Assembly: GCF_009914755.1 (NCBI RefSeq)
Contig: NC_060939.1
Direction: 5' to 3' (one strand)
Origin: the human T2T-CHM13v2.0 reference genome, Homo sapiens
DNA: 64,000 bases
Positions within the stretch are counted from its first letter, which is position 1. Every line of letters begins with the position of its first letter. The notes under the pieces are model-generated. The model made no database searches and was not told the origin of the DNA. It was given only the letters and a program-made list of their open reading frames with translations. A program made the translations under genes and the position numbers. Positions 11,170-24,076 of this stretch are shown here, in pieces.

Positions 11170-13865
11170 TGTTAAAAGAAAAACATCAGACAAATTAAAT
11201 TTAGTAAAATTTAATTGAGAGAAAAACGATTTGGGAATTGGGCAGCCTCCAAACCAGAATGGATTCGGAGAGACTTCAGCACAGGCACTGTCACTGAAAA
11301 AAAAATTATGGACAGAAAAAGGAGATGTACAGAAAATGGAAGTGAGGTACAGAAACAGCTGGATTGGTTATAGCTTGGTGTTTGCCTTATTTGAACATGG
11401 TTTGAACAGTTGGCTGCCTTTGATTGGCCGAAACCAGCCAAAGTGACTGACACAAGAGTAAGTTACAGTCTCTTTACACATCCAGTTAGGTTACAGTTCA
11501 CTATATACAAAGAGGTCTTTAGGCTGCACTTGAAATACCTAAGGAGGCAGTGATATAGTTTGGCTGTGTCCTCACCCAAATCTCACCTTGAATTCCCATG
11601 TGTTGTGGGAGGGACTTGATAGAAGGTAATTGAATCATAGGGACAGGTTTGTCCCATGCTGTTCTTGTGATAGTGAGTAAGTCTTATGAGATCTGATGGT
11701 TATCGTAAGGAGGAGTTTCCTTGCACAAGCCCTCTCTCTTTTTGCCTGCTGCCATCCATGTATGACATGACTTGCTGCTCCTTGCTTTCCACCATGGTTG
11801 TAAAGCCTCCTCAGCCATGTGGTAACCGTAAGTCCAATAAAGCTCTTTCTTTTGTAAATTGCCCAGTCTTGGATATGTCTTAATCAGCAGCATGAAATTG
11901 TACAGTAGATTGGTACCAGGAATAGGATTCTGCTGAAAAGATACCCAAAAATGTGGAAGTGACTTTGGAACTGGGTAACAGGCAGGGGTTGGAACATTTT
12001 GGAGGGTTCAGAAGAAGACAGGAAAATGTGGGAAACTATGGAACTTCCTATGGACTTGTTGAATAGGTTTGCCCAAATGCTTATAGTGATATGGACAATG
12101 AAGTCCAGGTTAAGGTGGTCTCACATGGAGATGAGGACCTTGTTGTGAACTGGAGCAAAAGTGACTCTTGTTATGTTTTAGCGAAGAGACTGGTGGCATT
12201 TTTCCCCTGCCCTAGTGATTTGTGGAACTTTCAACTTGAGAGAGGTAATTTAGGGTATGTGGTGGAAGAAATTTCCAAGCAGCAAAGCATTCAAGAGGTG
12301 ACTTGGGTGCTGTTAAAGACATTCAGTTTTAAAAGGGAAACAGAGCATAAAAATTTGGAAAATTTTCAGCCTGACAATGTGATAGAAAAGAAAATCTTAT
12401 TTTCTGAGGTGAAATTCAAGACAGCTGAAGAAATTTGCATAAGTAACAAGGAACCAAATGTTAATCCCCAAGACAATGGGGAAAATGCCTCCAGGGCATG
12501 TCAGAGGTTGTCATGGTAGCCTCTCCTGTCATTGGCCTGGAGGTCTGAGGGGAAAAAGTGGTTTAATGGACCAGGTGGGCCCAGGGTCCCCGTGCTGTGT
12601 GTAGCTATGGACGTGGTGCCCTGTGTCCCAGTCACTCCAGCTGTGGCTGAAAGGGGCCAACATAGAGCTCGGGCCATGGCTTCAGAGGGTGCAAGCCCCA
12701 AGCCTTGGCAGCTTCCACGTGGTGTTGAGCCTGTGAGTGCACAGAAGTCAAGAATTGGGGTTTGGGAACCTCCGCCTAGATTTCAGAAGATGTATGGAAA
12801 TGCCTGGATGCCCAGGTAGAAGTTTGCTGCAGGGGCAGGGCTCTCATGGAAAACTTCTGCTAGGGTAGTGTGGAAGGGAAATGTTGGGTTGGAACCCCCA
12901 CACAGAGTCCCTACTGGGGCACTGCCTAGTAAAGCTGTGAGAAGAGGGCCACCGTCCTCCAGACCCCAGAATGGTAGATCCACTGACAGCTTGCACCGTG
13001 TGCCTGGAAAAGCCACAGACACTCAACACCAGCCTGTGAAAGCAGCCAGAAGGGAGGCTGTACCCTGCAGAGCCGTAAGTGCAGAGCTGCCCAAGACCAT
13101 GGAAACGCACCTCTTGCATCAGCATGATGTGGATGTGAGACATGGAGTCAAAGGAGATCATTTTGGAACTTTAAGATTTGACTGCTCTGCTGGATTTCAG
13201 ACTTGCATGGGGGATGTAGCCCCTTCATTTTGGCCAATTTCTCCCATTTAGAATGGCTATATTTACCCAATGCCTGTATCCCCATTATATCTAGGAGGTA
13301 ACTAACTTGCTTTTGATTTTACTGGCTCATAGCCAGAAGGGACTTGCCTTGTCTCAGATGAGACTTCGGACTGTGGACTTTTGAGTTAATGCAGAAATGA
13401 GTTAAGACTTTGGGGGACTGTTAGGAAGGCATGATTGGTTTTGAAATGTGAGGACATGAGATTTGGGAGGGGCCAAGTGTGGAATGATATGGTTTGGCTG
13501 TATCCCCATGCATATCTCATGTTGAATTCCCACATGTTTTGGAAGGGACCCAGTGGGAGGTAATTGAATTGTGGGGGCAGGTTTTCCTGTGCTGTTCTTG
13601 TGATAGTGAGTAAGTCTCATGAGATCTGATGGTTATTATAAGGGGGTGTCCCTACACGAGCTCTCTCTTTTTGCCTCTTGCCATCCATGTAAGACGTGAC
13701 TTGCGGCTCCTTGCCTTTCACCATGACTGTGAAGCCTCCCAGCCATGTGGAACTGTAAGTCCAACAAACCTCTTTCTTTTGAAATTGCTCAGTCTCGGGT
13801 ATGTCTTTATCAGCAGCATGAAAACGGACTAATACAGGCAGCTTTAGGCTAAACTTAATTTAGCA
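11170..13865 (-). mobile_element. MER57-family ERV1 solo LTR (11170-11550 plus 13837-13865), interrupted by THE1A and itself inserted in a MIR
   Basis: Starts tgttaaaagaaaaacatcagacaaattaaattt and ends gctttaggctaaacttaatttagca. Perfect 4-bp TSD GTGT at 11166-11169 and 13866-13869. Confidence 0.85.
11551..13836 (+). mobile_element. Full-length THE1A MaLR provirus: 5'LTR 11551-11904, internal region 11905-13484, 3'LTR 13485-13836
   Basis: Two direct LTRs (TGATAT.GTTTGGCTGT...TACA) flank a ~1.58 kb THE1 internal region with broken ORF pieces (track 12091-13251). Perfect 5-bp TSD GGCAG. Confidence 0.95.
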
Positions 13866-14049
13866 GTGTCTGACACAAAATACTAGCTAATCCTCATTTT
13901 CACCATCATCATAATCCTTTCATCTTGCTTGCATATTGTTATACCCAGCCTAGGGTATAACAAAAGACTTTTGTAAAAGCCTAGATGTGAAAACCTAGAT
14001 GAAAAATATTTCAGTGGCGTCCTAAATGCTTGACAAGTAGTCAGTAGTG

Positions 14050-14480
14050 TTCTTCAATTATACTGCTTTGTCTTATATTGATGAAATTTTCAGATGTCAA
14101 AAAGCTGGGACAAGCAGTTATTGCATTACGTTGCAAATTTTGTGTCTAAAAAGATCTTAGCAAAATGGAATCCTGGGCAAAATCTCAAAAGAGGAACTTA
14201 AAATGGCTAATTGGGAAGTCTTGAATTTGGTTAAAACAAAAAGGCATCACTGAACTGCAAGATTTATAACAAATATTTAGAGATTTTACTTTTAATGTAA
14301 TATGAATTAAATGTGAATTATGACTGTTAAAAACGTGAATGTGATATTAGATTATGTTAAAATTATCATAGTGACTAAAATGAGGAAGCTGATATTTCTA
14401 CTTTCTCCACGTAAGTCTCAATGCACTGAGAAAAATGTGTTCCATGCAAAAATGTAACTTGATTTTTGGGCACTTATTGG
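14050..14480 (+). mobile_element. Degenerate L3/CR1 LINE fragment
   Basis: gaatgtgatattagattatgttaaaattatcatagtgactaaaatgaggaagctgata resembles CR1 3' RT sequence. Confidence 0.4.
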
Positions 14481-14509
14481 GGAATTGTAGCAGAAGTAAG
14501 CAATGGTCA

Positions 14510-14930
14510 GAAAAAAAGAGCCTTATGAGCCATCCTAAGGGGATGGAGTTTATTTCAGACACAGTAAGAATCCATTGATAAGATTTAAAAAGAGGAGTAA
14601 TGGGATCACAGCTGTCTTTTAACATGTGAATGTTGAATGGGACTTGGGGCAGGGAGACCAGTCAGAAGGCTTTTGTGAAGCCCATGGTTGGAGGGAGGGC
14701 AGAAAACAAGATAGACACATGAAGAGATATTCAGGAGGTGCAATTGACCGGACTGGATAATTGGTTGGTTGAGGTGGTGAGGGAGGAAGAAGTGGGAAAA
14801 GCCTATGATGACTCCCAGGTTTCTGGACTGTATTTGATACTGGGAATGTAAGAAGGAAAACTGTCTTGTGGGATGTTTGGATGATTATATGCATCAGAAA
14901 GTGAAGCATAGGCAGGGGAACTACCAATTT
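14510..14930 (-). mobile_element. L2 LINE fragment
   Basis: Purine-rich antisense L2 pattern (gggagaccagtcagaaggc..., gatgactcccaggtttctgg). Confidence 0.6.
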
Positions 14931-15484
14931 CTTTTGATGTTAAGGAAGAAAAGAAGCTGTGTTTGGCTTGATAGATAAAGTCCATGGCCAATTTCTTCTG
15001 TGAAATTCTTGAGTATATAATCAGACCATTAATGGAAGAGAATGTGAAATTGCTGAGTTAACCGTAGGAGGGACTTTCTAACATATACTCATTACTGCTT
15101 CAACACAGCTGACCTTATCCATGTTGCAGCCTAATTTAAATTATAATGCTTATTCTTCTGTGCACTCCAAAATTCTGACTATAGTTTTCCTTGTTACTAC
15201 TAACTTGCTATAAATGCAGATTTGTACTTTTAGTATTGAAAGTATACTTTTGGCTGAAAAAAGGGAGTCTGAGTCAACTTAACTATGTATACATATATAT
15301 ATATTTCTAACTATGTTATAGACAAGCCCAGGGTAAAACAAGCAATATGGACCATAAATGTATGAATTTATTTTTATCATTGTTTTTGTTATTTTGGTAT
15401 TTTTTTCTAGACTTTGTTACATGCATATTTTTCTAGACTAGTACTCAGTCTGTACATACATTTATGGATCATTAATTTTTTTCC

Positions 15485-15745
15485 TTTTGTTTTTAGTTGA
15501 CATAATAATTGTACATATTTAACTGAGTACAGAGTGATATTTGGATACATGTATACAATGTATAATGATCAAGTTAGGGTAATTAGGGCATTCATCACCC
15601 CAAACATTTATCATTTTTTTGTTGAGAACATTCATAATCCTCTCTTACTGCTTTTAAACATATACAAGAAATTTTTGTTAACTATATTCACCCTATAGTG
15701 CTATGGAACACTAGAACTTAGTCCTCCTATCTAGCTATAATTTTG
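15485..15745 (-). mobile_element. L1MA 3' end fragment
   Basis: ttgacataataattgtacatattt...gtatacaatgtataatgatcaagttagggtaattag, typical of the antisense L1MA 3'UTR. Confidence 0.75.
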
Positions 15746-16901
15746 GAACCACTTATTTTTAATTAATATGATAAGAATTTTCCACATTGCTTTGAAGCCT
15801 TCATGCTTCTAATATTTGTATTTTGTTCCAACATTACATTAACTACAGTAAAATTTACTTACAACTGTTAGACATTTTGGTTGCATCCAAATTTTTGCTG
15901 TATTGTGCAGCCCTAGAAATAAGATCTTCATATGGAAACTTTCCTTCACTCACTCCAATACTTTGAATTAGTAGATGAGAGTTCCAAAAGGGGAGTTACT
16001 AAGTCAAAGTGTTGGAGAAAAATTATGGAACTTGATATTATAAAATATTATTCAACAAATTAAAGCCTGGGTGGTCTTGACTCCTTGCTCATGGTCAACG
16101 TGAGAAGTTGTATTTCTACTTGGGCTTTTTAGTTCAACAATATATACGACATTTAAGCTTAATGGAGAGGCAAAAGAAAGGAAGGCAAATTAGGAATAAA
16201 ATGACCACTTTTATCTTAAACGTTTTTCTCAAGATTTGTCATCTCTTGATTTTGATAGGTCCCTTCTTACTTTCCCCTCCTCCCCCATTGGCTAATGACA
16301 AGATCTGGTGGCAACATTTCTTATAAGTTTTCTCATTCAGATAAATTATCATAGAAAGGAATTCAAAGGATGGGTTGTTTATTTTGTTTAGTGCTTATGA
16401 AATGATATCCTAAAAGAGGCCATTGCAAAAACCATTATGTTGACTTCCAAATTGGATCATCATTTTATCATTCATTTGAAATCTCATTTACCAGTGGCAC
16501 CCACTGCCAGTTTCCATAACAAATCAATTTGTGTGTCATAACACTCCTCGGGCACTCTTCAGTCACCCATGAATGGGTTGAGTACAGCTGTCATGAGCAA
16601 CCCCCAAATGTTACCTAGAAATCAAATCTTCCTCTCCCCCAAATCTCTCTGATATAGCTACTTCCTCACTGGCTCAACATAGGTACAAAAATGAGACCAT
16701 TTGTAGTCTCGGTCAGGAAATATAAAATAAATTACCAAGGAAGGTGGTGAAATGAAACCAGCCAAACCCCTCTCTTCATCAAGGACATGGGAGATGAGTT
16801 TACTTTTGATTATGAGGATCTTATGTAATAATTATGGATATATGACAGGCATGAGATCCTAAAAGTATTACTGAAGCAAGGGTGATCTCTCTGGCTTGGA
16901 A

Positions 16902-17108
16902 AGTTTCTCAACCTCAGCACTTTTGACATTTTGGGCTGGATAATTTTTGGTAGTAGAGGCTGACATTGTAGGATATTTAGCTGCATCCCTGGCCTTTACC
17001 CACTAGATGCAGGTAACACCCCTGTAGTTATGACAACCAAAAAATATATCTAGACATTGCCAGTTGTCCCCTTGTAGATCAAAATCACCCATTATTGAGA
17101 ACCATTGC
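16902..17108. mobile_element. MER20 hAT-Charlie MITE
   Basis: tttctcaacctcagcacttttgacattttgggctggataatt...ccctggcctttacccactagatgc...ttgagaaccattg. Confidence 0.9.
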
Positions 17109-17310
17109 TTAGTTACAAAGGTTTAGTTTCTCAGGTTCACTCTTTGAGTCTTGGTTTCCTTAGCTGAAAAATCAAAAGAAAGACTTGGTTATCTAAGTTA
17201 CCCTACAACATTAATGGTATTTGAACATGCCAGGGTCAGGGAAATAGATTTACTGGTCTATATAATCTTTAAAGCCCTAGCCTTTGTAATTCCTGAAGTT
17301 TAAAAGTTAT

Positions 17311-17939
17311 TTACACTGTTGGTGGGGCTATAAACACAATGGGAGTTCAACCATTGTGGAAGTCGGTGTGGTGATTCCTCAGGGATCTAGAACTAGAAAT
17401 AGCATTTGACCCAGCCATCCCATTACTGCGTATATACCCAAAGGTTATAAATCATGCTGCTATAAAGACACATGCACACGTATGTTTATTGAGGCACTAT
17501 TCACAATAGCAAAGACTTGGAACCAAGCCAAATGTCCAACAATGATAGACTGGATTAAGAAAATGTGGCACATATACACCATGGAATACTATGCAGCCAT
17601 GAAAAAGGATGAGTTCATGTCCTTTGTAGGGACATGGATGAAGCTGGAAACTATCATTCTCAGCAAACTATCGCAAGGACAAAAAACCAAACACCACATG
17701 TTCTCACTCATAGGTGGGAATTGAACAATGAGAACACATGGACACAGGAAGGGGAACATCACACACCGGAGACTGTTGTGGGGTTGGGGGAGGGGGGAGG
17801 GATAGCATTAGTAGATATACCTAATGCTAAATGACGAGTTAATGGGTGCAGCACACCAACATGGCACATGTATACATAAGTAACAAACCTGCACATTGTG
17901 CACACATACCCTAAAACTTAAAGTATAATAACAATAAAA
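17311..17939 (+). mobile_element. 5'-truncated L1PA (L1PA4-like): ORF2 C-terminus plus 3'UTR
   Basis: ORF2 end (...HMFSLIGGN*), G-rich 3'UTR, TAATGCTAAATGACGAG and A-tail. TSD AAAAGTTAT at 17302-17310 and 17940-17948. Confidence 0.92.
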
Positions 17940-18070
17940 AAAAGTTATAATATTTTTTGAAATTTTTTTTTTAAAAAACACCATGGTATTATTAGTTGGG
18001 GAATGTAAATATGATTAGCTATTATTTTATCTAAGAGGAAAAGTATTTTTAGAGATGAGAATTGGAATTT

Positions 18071-20130
18071 AAAAAAAAAAATTCAACTTTTATGTTAGAG
18101 TCAGGGAGTACATGTGCAGGATTGTTACTTGAGTATATTGAGTGATGCTGAAGTTTGGGGTACAATTCCTCCTGCCACCAAGGTACTGGTACCTAAAATT
18201 AGCAGGTATATACCTACTTAGCATACTACCTCATATTAAGTTTCTCAACCCTTGCCCCCTCCCTACCCCTCTCTCCAGTGTCTATTATTGCCATATTTTT
18301 ATCTATATGTACCCAATGTTTAGTTCCCACTTATAAGTGAGAACATGCAATATTTGATTTTCTGTTCCTGTGTTAATTTGCTTAAGATTGTGGCCTCCAG
18401 TTGCATCCATGTTGCTACAGAGGACATGATTTCATCTTTTATGGCTGTGTGGTATTCAATGGTGTATATATGTACATTTCCTTTATCCAGTCCACTGCTG
18501 ATGGGCGCTTAAGTTGATTCCATATCTTTTCTATTGTGAATCGTGCTACAGTGAATGTGCAACTGCATGTGTCTTTTAGACTGATCATTTTAGAAGGATT
18601 TATTTTCTTTTGAGTATGTACCCAGTAATGGAATTGCTGGGTCACACAGTAGTTCTGTTCTAAGTTCTTTGAGAAATCTCCAAACTGCTTTCCCTAGTGG
18701 CTGAACTAATTTACATTCCCACCAACAGTGTATAAGCATTCCCATTTCTCCACAGCCTCATCAGCATCTGTTGTTTTTGACATTTAAAATTATAGTTATT
18801 CTGACTGGTGTGAGAAGGTATTTCATTATGGTTTTGATTTGCATTTCTCTGATTATTAGTGATGTGGAACGTTTTTTCATGTTTCTTGGCCACTTGTATG
18901 TCTTCTTTTGAGAAGTGTCTGTTAATGTCTTTTACCCATTTTTAATGGGGTTATTTTTTTGTTGCTTGTTAGATTAAGTTCCTTGTAAATTCTGGATATT
19001 AGACCTTTGTTGGATGCATAGTTTGCAAATACTTTTTGCCATTCCCTAGGTTGTCTGTTGACTCTTTTGATAGTTTCTTTTGCTGTGCAGAAGCTCTTCA
19101 GTTTAATTAGGTCCCATTTGTCAGTTTTTGTTTTTGTTGCAATTGCTTTTGAGGACTTGGTCATAAATTCTTTCCCAAGGTCAATGTCCAGAATGATGTT
19201 TCCTAGATTATATTCTAGTATTCTTTTAGTTTAAGGTGTTACATTTAAATCTTTTAATCCGTCTTGAGTTAATTTTTGCATATGAGGAAAGGTATGGGTC
19301 TAGTTTCATTTTTCTGTATGTGGCGATCCAGGTAGCCCAGCACCATTTATTGAAAAGGGAGTACTTTCCCCATTGCTTGTTTTTGTTGACTTTGTTGAAG
19401 ATCAGATGGATGTATGTGTGTGACTTTATTCTCAGTTTTCTATTCTGTTCCATTGGTATTTATCTGTTTGTACCAGTACCATGCTGTTTTGGTTACTATA
19501 AATTTACAGTACAGTATGAAGTCTGATAATGTGATTCCTCTGGCTTTGTTCTTCTTGCTTAGGATTGCTTGGCTATTTGAGCTCTTTCTTGGTTCCATAT
19601 GAATTTTAGAATAGGTTTTTTTCTAGCTCTGTGAAAAATGATATTGGTAGTTTGATAGAAATAGCATAGAATATGTTGATTTCTTTGGGCAGCAGGGTCA
19701 TTTTAACAATATTGATTCTTCCAATCCATGAGTATGGAATGTTTTCCCATTTGTTTGTGTCATCTGTGATTTCTTTCAGCAGTGTTTTGTAGTTCTCCTT
19801 ATAGAGACCTTTGACTTCCTTGATTAGATCTATTCCTAGTTATTTTATTTTATTTGTGTGACTATTGTAAATGGGATTGTGTTCTTGATTTGGCTCTCAG
19901 CTTGAATGTTACTGTTGTATAGAAATGCTACTGATTTTTATACATTGACTTTGTATCCTAAAACTTTACTGAAGTTGCTTATCAATTCCAGAAGTTTTGG
20001 TGGAGTATTTAGGGTTTTCTAGACATAGAATCATGCTGTCTATGAAGAGAGATAATTTGACTTCTTCTTTTCCTTTTTGGATGCCTTTTATTTCTTTCTC
20101 TTGCCTGATTGCTCTGGCTAGTACTTCCTC
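18071..20130 (-). mobile_element. 5'-truncated older L1 (L1PA15/16-L1PB type), ~2 kb of ORF2 3' part plus 3'UTR
   Basis: Track ORFs 18439-19453(-) are L1 ORF2 fragments ([16 protein letters not shown]). Degenerate TSD AGAA(T/C)TGGAA(T/G)TT at 18058-18070 and 20131-20143. Confidence 0.9.
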
Positions 20131-20309
20131 AGAACTGGAAGTTTTATTTGTGCAAATGCCCCAGAATTTTGAGATTGGAAGCAGGCTGGAGTGTGATGGA
20201 GTCAGAAGATAGAATGCTGGCCAAAGATAAGAGTAAAAAAGGAGCGAAGGTAAAATCAGTAGTTTTCAAGTGTGCAAATACATACAGAACTCCTTTTATT
20301 GTTTTCTTT

Positions 20310-20583
20310 TTATGTATTTATTTATTTAGAGACAGGGTCTCACTGTCTCTGCCCAGGCTGGAGTGCAGTGGTGTGATAATAGCTTATTATAAGCTTGAAC
20401 TCCCGAGTGGCTGGAAATACAGGTGTGTGCCACGATGCCCAGCTATTTTTTACTTCTATTTTTTTATAGAGATATGTTTCACTATGTTTCCCAGGCTGGT
20501 CTTGAACTCCTGTTCTCAGGCAATCCTCCTGCCTCAGCCTCCCAAAGCACTGGGATTAAAGGTATGAGCCATCTTACCTGAGT
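20310..20583 (-). mobile_element. AluJ SINE, internally deleted
   Basis: Antisense Alu with (ATTT)n tail and a shortened right arm. Confidence 0.85.
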
Positions 20584-21261
20584 GAGCTATTTGGACACCA
20601 CTCCTTTTAAACATAAAATAAACAAAGGGTTAGAGAAAAAATGGTTCAAGGAGTCCAGGAACTGTTTTCTGTTGGAAGGCTCTCTCTGTCATCACTTGGT
20701 TATTTAAGTTGCACAGACTGGAGACTAGGTGTGAAATCCAGGAATTGCATTCAAAGTAGATTGAAAGGAATAATTAGCAAATTCATAACAATGGTGAGAC
20801 AAGGAGCTCAGAGTTCTAGACAGACTGTGAGGATGAAGCAGGAAGAAAATGATTAAGAATACCTAGCCATGCTCCACATTCCACTGCTTTCACTATGACA
20901 AGGGCTTTGGTGATGTTCAGTGTCTATTTAGACACACAGGCATGCTGCCTGTCGGCATGCCTCTGCACCGAATAGAACCATGAATTCAGATTCAGCTTCA
21001 CAGGCAAGAACATTCTCATCTGAGAGATAATGCTTTCTAAAACTGAGTCAGAAAGGAGAAGAGGAAGGAATAATAAATCCCCCTCTCTCTTGCTTACTCT
21101 CTCATTCTGTCTCTATCTCTTTCTCTCCTAGCCTGTAATTCTAAGTTATCTAGACAAGGTACTAGGGACACCTGAAAACATTCATAACTGAATGATAACA
21201 AGTAATGTTATTTAAGTGTTTGCCATTAGTTTACCTGCTTGGAGTGGCTTTTATAATAAAT

Positions 21262-21431
21262 CGTAATATTTATTAGAACTTACTATGTGTTCTTATGTTT
21301 GCATGTGTTGTATTTACTATCAATGTAAACCTATGAGGTAGTTGCTATTTTTATCATATACCTTTTAGGATGAGAAAATTAGGGCAGAGAATAGTCGAGT
21401 AACATGTCCAAGGTCACACAGAGCGTAATGA
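21262..21431 (-). mobile_element. MIR fragment, continuing after 21952
   Basis: aatatttattagaacttactatgtg...gatgagaaaattagggcagaga...gtccaaggtcacacag. Confidence 0.7.
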
Positions 21432-21952
21432 TGGCAGAAAACCGAAATTCTGTTAAAATATATAAAGTGTTTTATTCGGAGCCAATGTAAGTGACAGCAG
21501 CCCAGGAAAACAGTCTCAAGAGGTCCTGAGAAAGTGCACCTAAAGCAGTCGGGTTACAGTTTGGTTTAATACATTTCAGGAAGATAAGAATTGCAGGTAA
21601 AATCATAAATAAATTCCTGGGAGGTATACAATAGTTTGGTCTGAAAAGGCAGGCCATCTCGAAGTGGGAGCTTATAAGTCATAGGAAGGTTTAGGAGTTA
21701 TTTATTTGGCACTTGGTTGAAAGAGTTAAGCTTTGTTTAAAAACTTGGGGTCAATAGAAAGGAATGCTTAAGTTAAGGGGGGGTCTGTTATTTGTCATGT
21801 GATGCCATGTTAGAGTCTGGTTGAAAAGTAGGCCACAATATACTGGGTCAAAAAAGACCTGTTTAATGAGCTTTAAGGGTTTGTGAGGCATGACTCCCCA
21901 GGCCCCTTAGAAAGGCATATGAGGAAGTAAAAAGGTCAGAGTCCATTCCTCA
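21432..21952 (-). mobile_element. MER4-group ERV1 solo LTR
   Basis: cagtctcaagaggtcctgagaaagtgcacc...ggcatgactccccaggccccttagaaagg...cctca, with TG/CA ends. Confidence 0.75.
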
Positions 21953-22069
21953 GTACCTTTAAAGAGTTCGGACTAGAACCCATCAGATTTGCAACTGAGG
22001 CTTCTCTCCTTACTGCTAAATTATTCTGCTTCCCTGAGCACACTGCAGTCATGGTCTTAGCTTACTCCC

Positions 22070-22200
22070 ACCATGAGCTTATGAGCAGGCATTGTTTTTA
22101 TCTTCCTTCTACAGATGAGGAAACTGAGGCACGGACAGGATGAATACTTTATCTAAAATCAGAAATGAAGTGAGGAATCAGGGATTCAAACTAAGTTGGG
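22070..22200 (-). mobile_element. MIR fragment
   Basis: MIR core acagatgaggaaactgaggcac. Confidence 0.7.
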
Positions 22201-24076
22201 TTGCTGTCTCTTTTTCCTCTGACCTCTATGCTCCTTGGCCTCCTCTCAGAGTGCTGCAAGGATATGCAGTACTAAGCAATTGTGCAGCAAGGCAGATGGA
22301 ATCCGAGCTCACCTGTGGCAGCACCGTTTCAGTGTTTGGAGAAAGATGAGATTATATTTGGTTGCTTGGGGGTTGTTAAAAAGGCTTCATGGAGGGGCTT
22401 GTGTTGGCTATGGTTTGGGAAAGTGGGTCTAATTCTATAGGAAGCAAGTGGGAGGAGGGCGTTCGTGGAAGAAGGAGCAGTATAAGCAAAGGCATAAAGG
22501 CCAAGTGGCACTGGGTTTGCTGCAGGAAATGTTCAGTTGTCATTCAGTTTAGAGCAGTGAGGGTGTGTACCTTTTAGTATATATTTTCTTTAAAAGTACA
22601 GCAATTTAGAGAAACTCAGAAGACAGAAAAAATAAGTTTTGATTAAAGTCAGAGTACCCACATGCAACCGCAGAAAGTGACCAAGACAGGGAAGATGCTG
22701 CCATGAGAACCCATGTAGTAATCACACAACAGCTGCTGGGCTGTGTTACATCCAGGGGTGAGAACCATTAGGATCAAAATCACAAAGCAAGTATCATATC
22801 ACAGTAGGAAGCTTCTAGTTCTTCCCCAGGCTCCAACGACTCACTATGAACCCAGACTTGTCTTTTAGACCCCAACCTGTCTCTGAAAAAGTAACTGCTT
22901 TGTATACGTATGCATGTACATGGAAAGGATTACTAATAACTAACATATCTGCTGGCACTATTCTTCATTATTCTAAATATAAACTTATGTAAAGGTATAA
23001 GTAATGCTTATGTTTAATTGCACAGTTAGAAAATTACCTGTGGGTTTAAGAATAAAGTTCATGAAGAGAATTTTAAAATTCTGCATTATACCTTCGTTAA
23101 TACAATATTATGATATTTGAAATCAGGATGAGCCTGGGTTGGCTACTCTACACAGTGTGAATAAATGTGAATGTGAATAAAGAAGTTATATTTAGAGAGC
23201 CTTGATCACCTACAGGTCTTATCAAAGACCCTCTTACACAGTTGATCTCCTCCAGTTATCACTGACTGAGAGGATTCAGCCAGTAGTAATTCTACTGTCC
23301 TAAACAACGAGATATGCCTCCCCACTCCTGCCCCTACCAGAAGAAAACTTGCAGCAGTAACCATTGAGGACTGGCCTGCCTGCTGTGTCCTGCAAGGGAG
23401 AAGTAGCTGCAGGGAGTGCTGGGATCTGTGGGATGTGGCTTTTCAACATTTTTCATAAGGCTGAAGCTCATATGCAGATAGAACTCATTTGCCTGAAGTC
23501 AGACACCACGGCAACCACAACCTGATCAAATCCAACCCCTGGAGTGTGTGTCAGGGCCTCTGTGATGGAGCACAGCAGGCTCACCTCTGAAGCAGAGTTT
23601 GACTCCGGAATCTTCTGTTTGCAGCATGACTAAGCTTTGTTTTTAGTCTCCCTCTTGGGGAAGAATTAAACCTGACCCTATGAGGAGGCAGCAAGAACTG
23701 AACAGAAACCCATATTTATTGATAGTGACTCTTCCTCAGAGGAAACTGAAGCAAGTGTCTTTTGAATTGTGTTAAGCCTTTATTATTTCTTTGATGGCAA
23801 ATACGTGTTATCAATGTTTATTGAGAAGACTGAGAATATGCTGATCATAAAAGATCTAAAGAATATTAAACATTTCCCGTTCATGTATCTTTCACAATTT
23901 TTATTTTTTATGTGTATCTTTTCAGAATCTTCATATATATATATATGTATATATACACTGTGTGCATGGACACAGAAGGACAACAATTTTTTTTAAATAT
24001 GAATAACTTACGATGGTTGATTTGAAGTCTGTTTTTGGGTATCATTTTAGAACAGAATGAAGTACTCATTACTTAG

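Noticed and set aside
11806-11818. PRDM9 hotspot motif site in the THE1 LTRs
   Set aside because: Reads CCTCCTCAGCCAT here and in the solo THE1, and CCTCCCAGCCAT in the 3'LTR. None matches CCNCCNTNNCCNC.
12091-13251. ORFs of 95-142 aa as a possible gene
   Set aside because: They are fragments of the THE1 internal ORF, broken by stops and frameshifts.
17000-17014. CTCF-like site in MER20 (CCACTAGATGCAGG)
   Set aside because: The 3' half departs from the CTCF core, so it cannot be supported without ChIP data.
17780-17801. G-quadruplex-forming G-tract
   Set aside because: It is the ordinary L1 3'UTR polypurine tract.
21080-21165. Polypyrimidine tract plus AG followed 27 nt later by AAG|GTACTA (possible micro-exon)
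   Set aside because: The donor is weak, the tract is a degenerate (CT)n, and no partner exons are identifiable.
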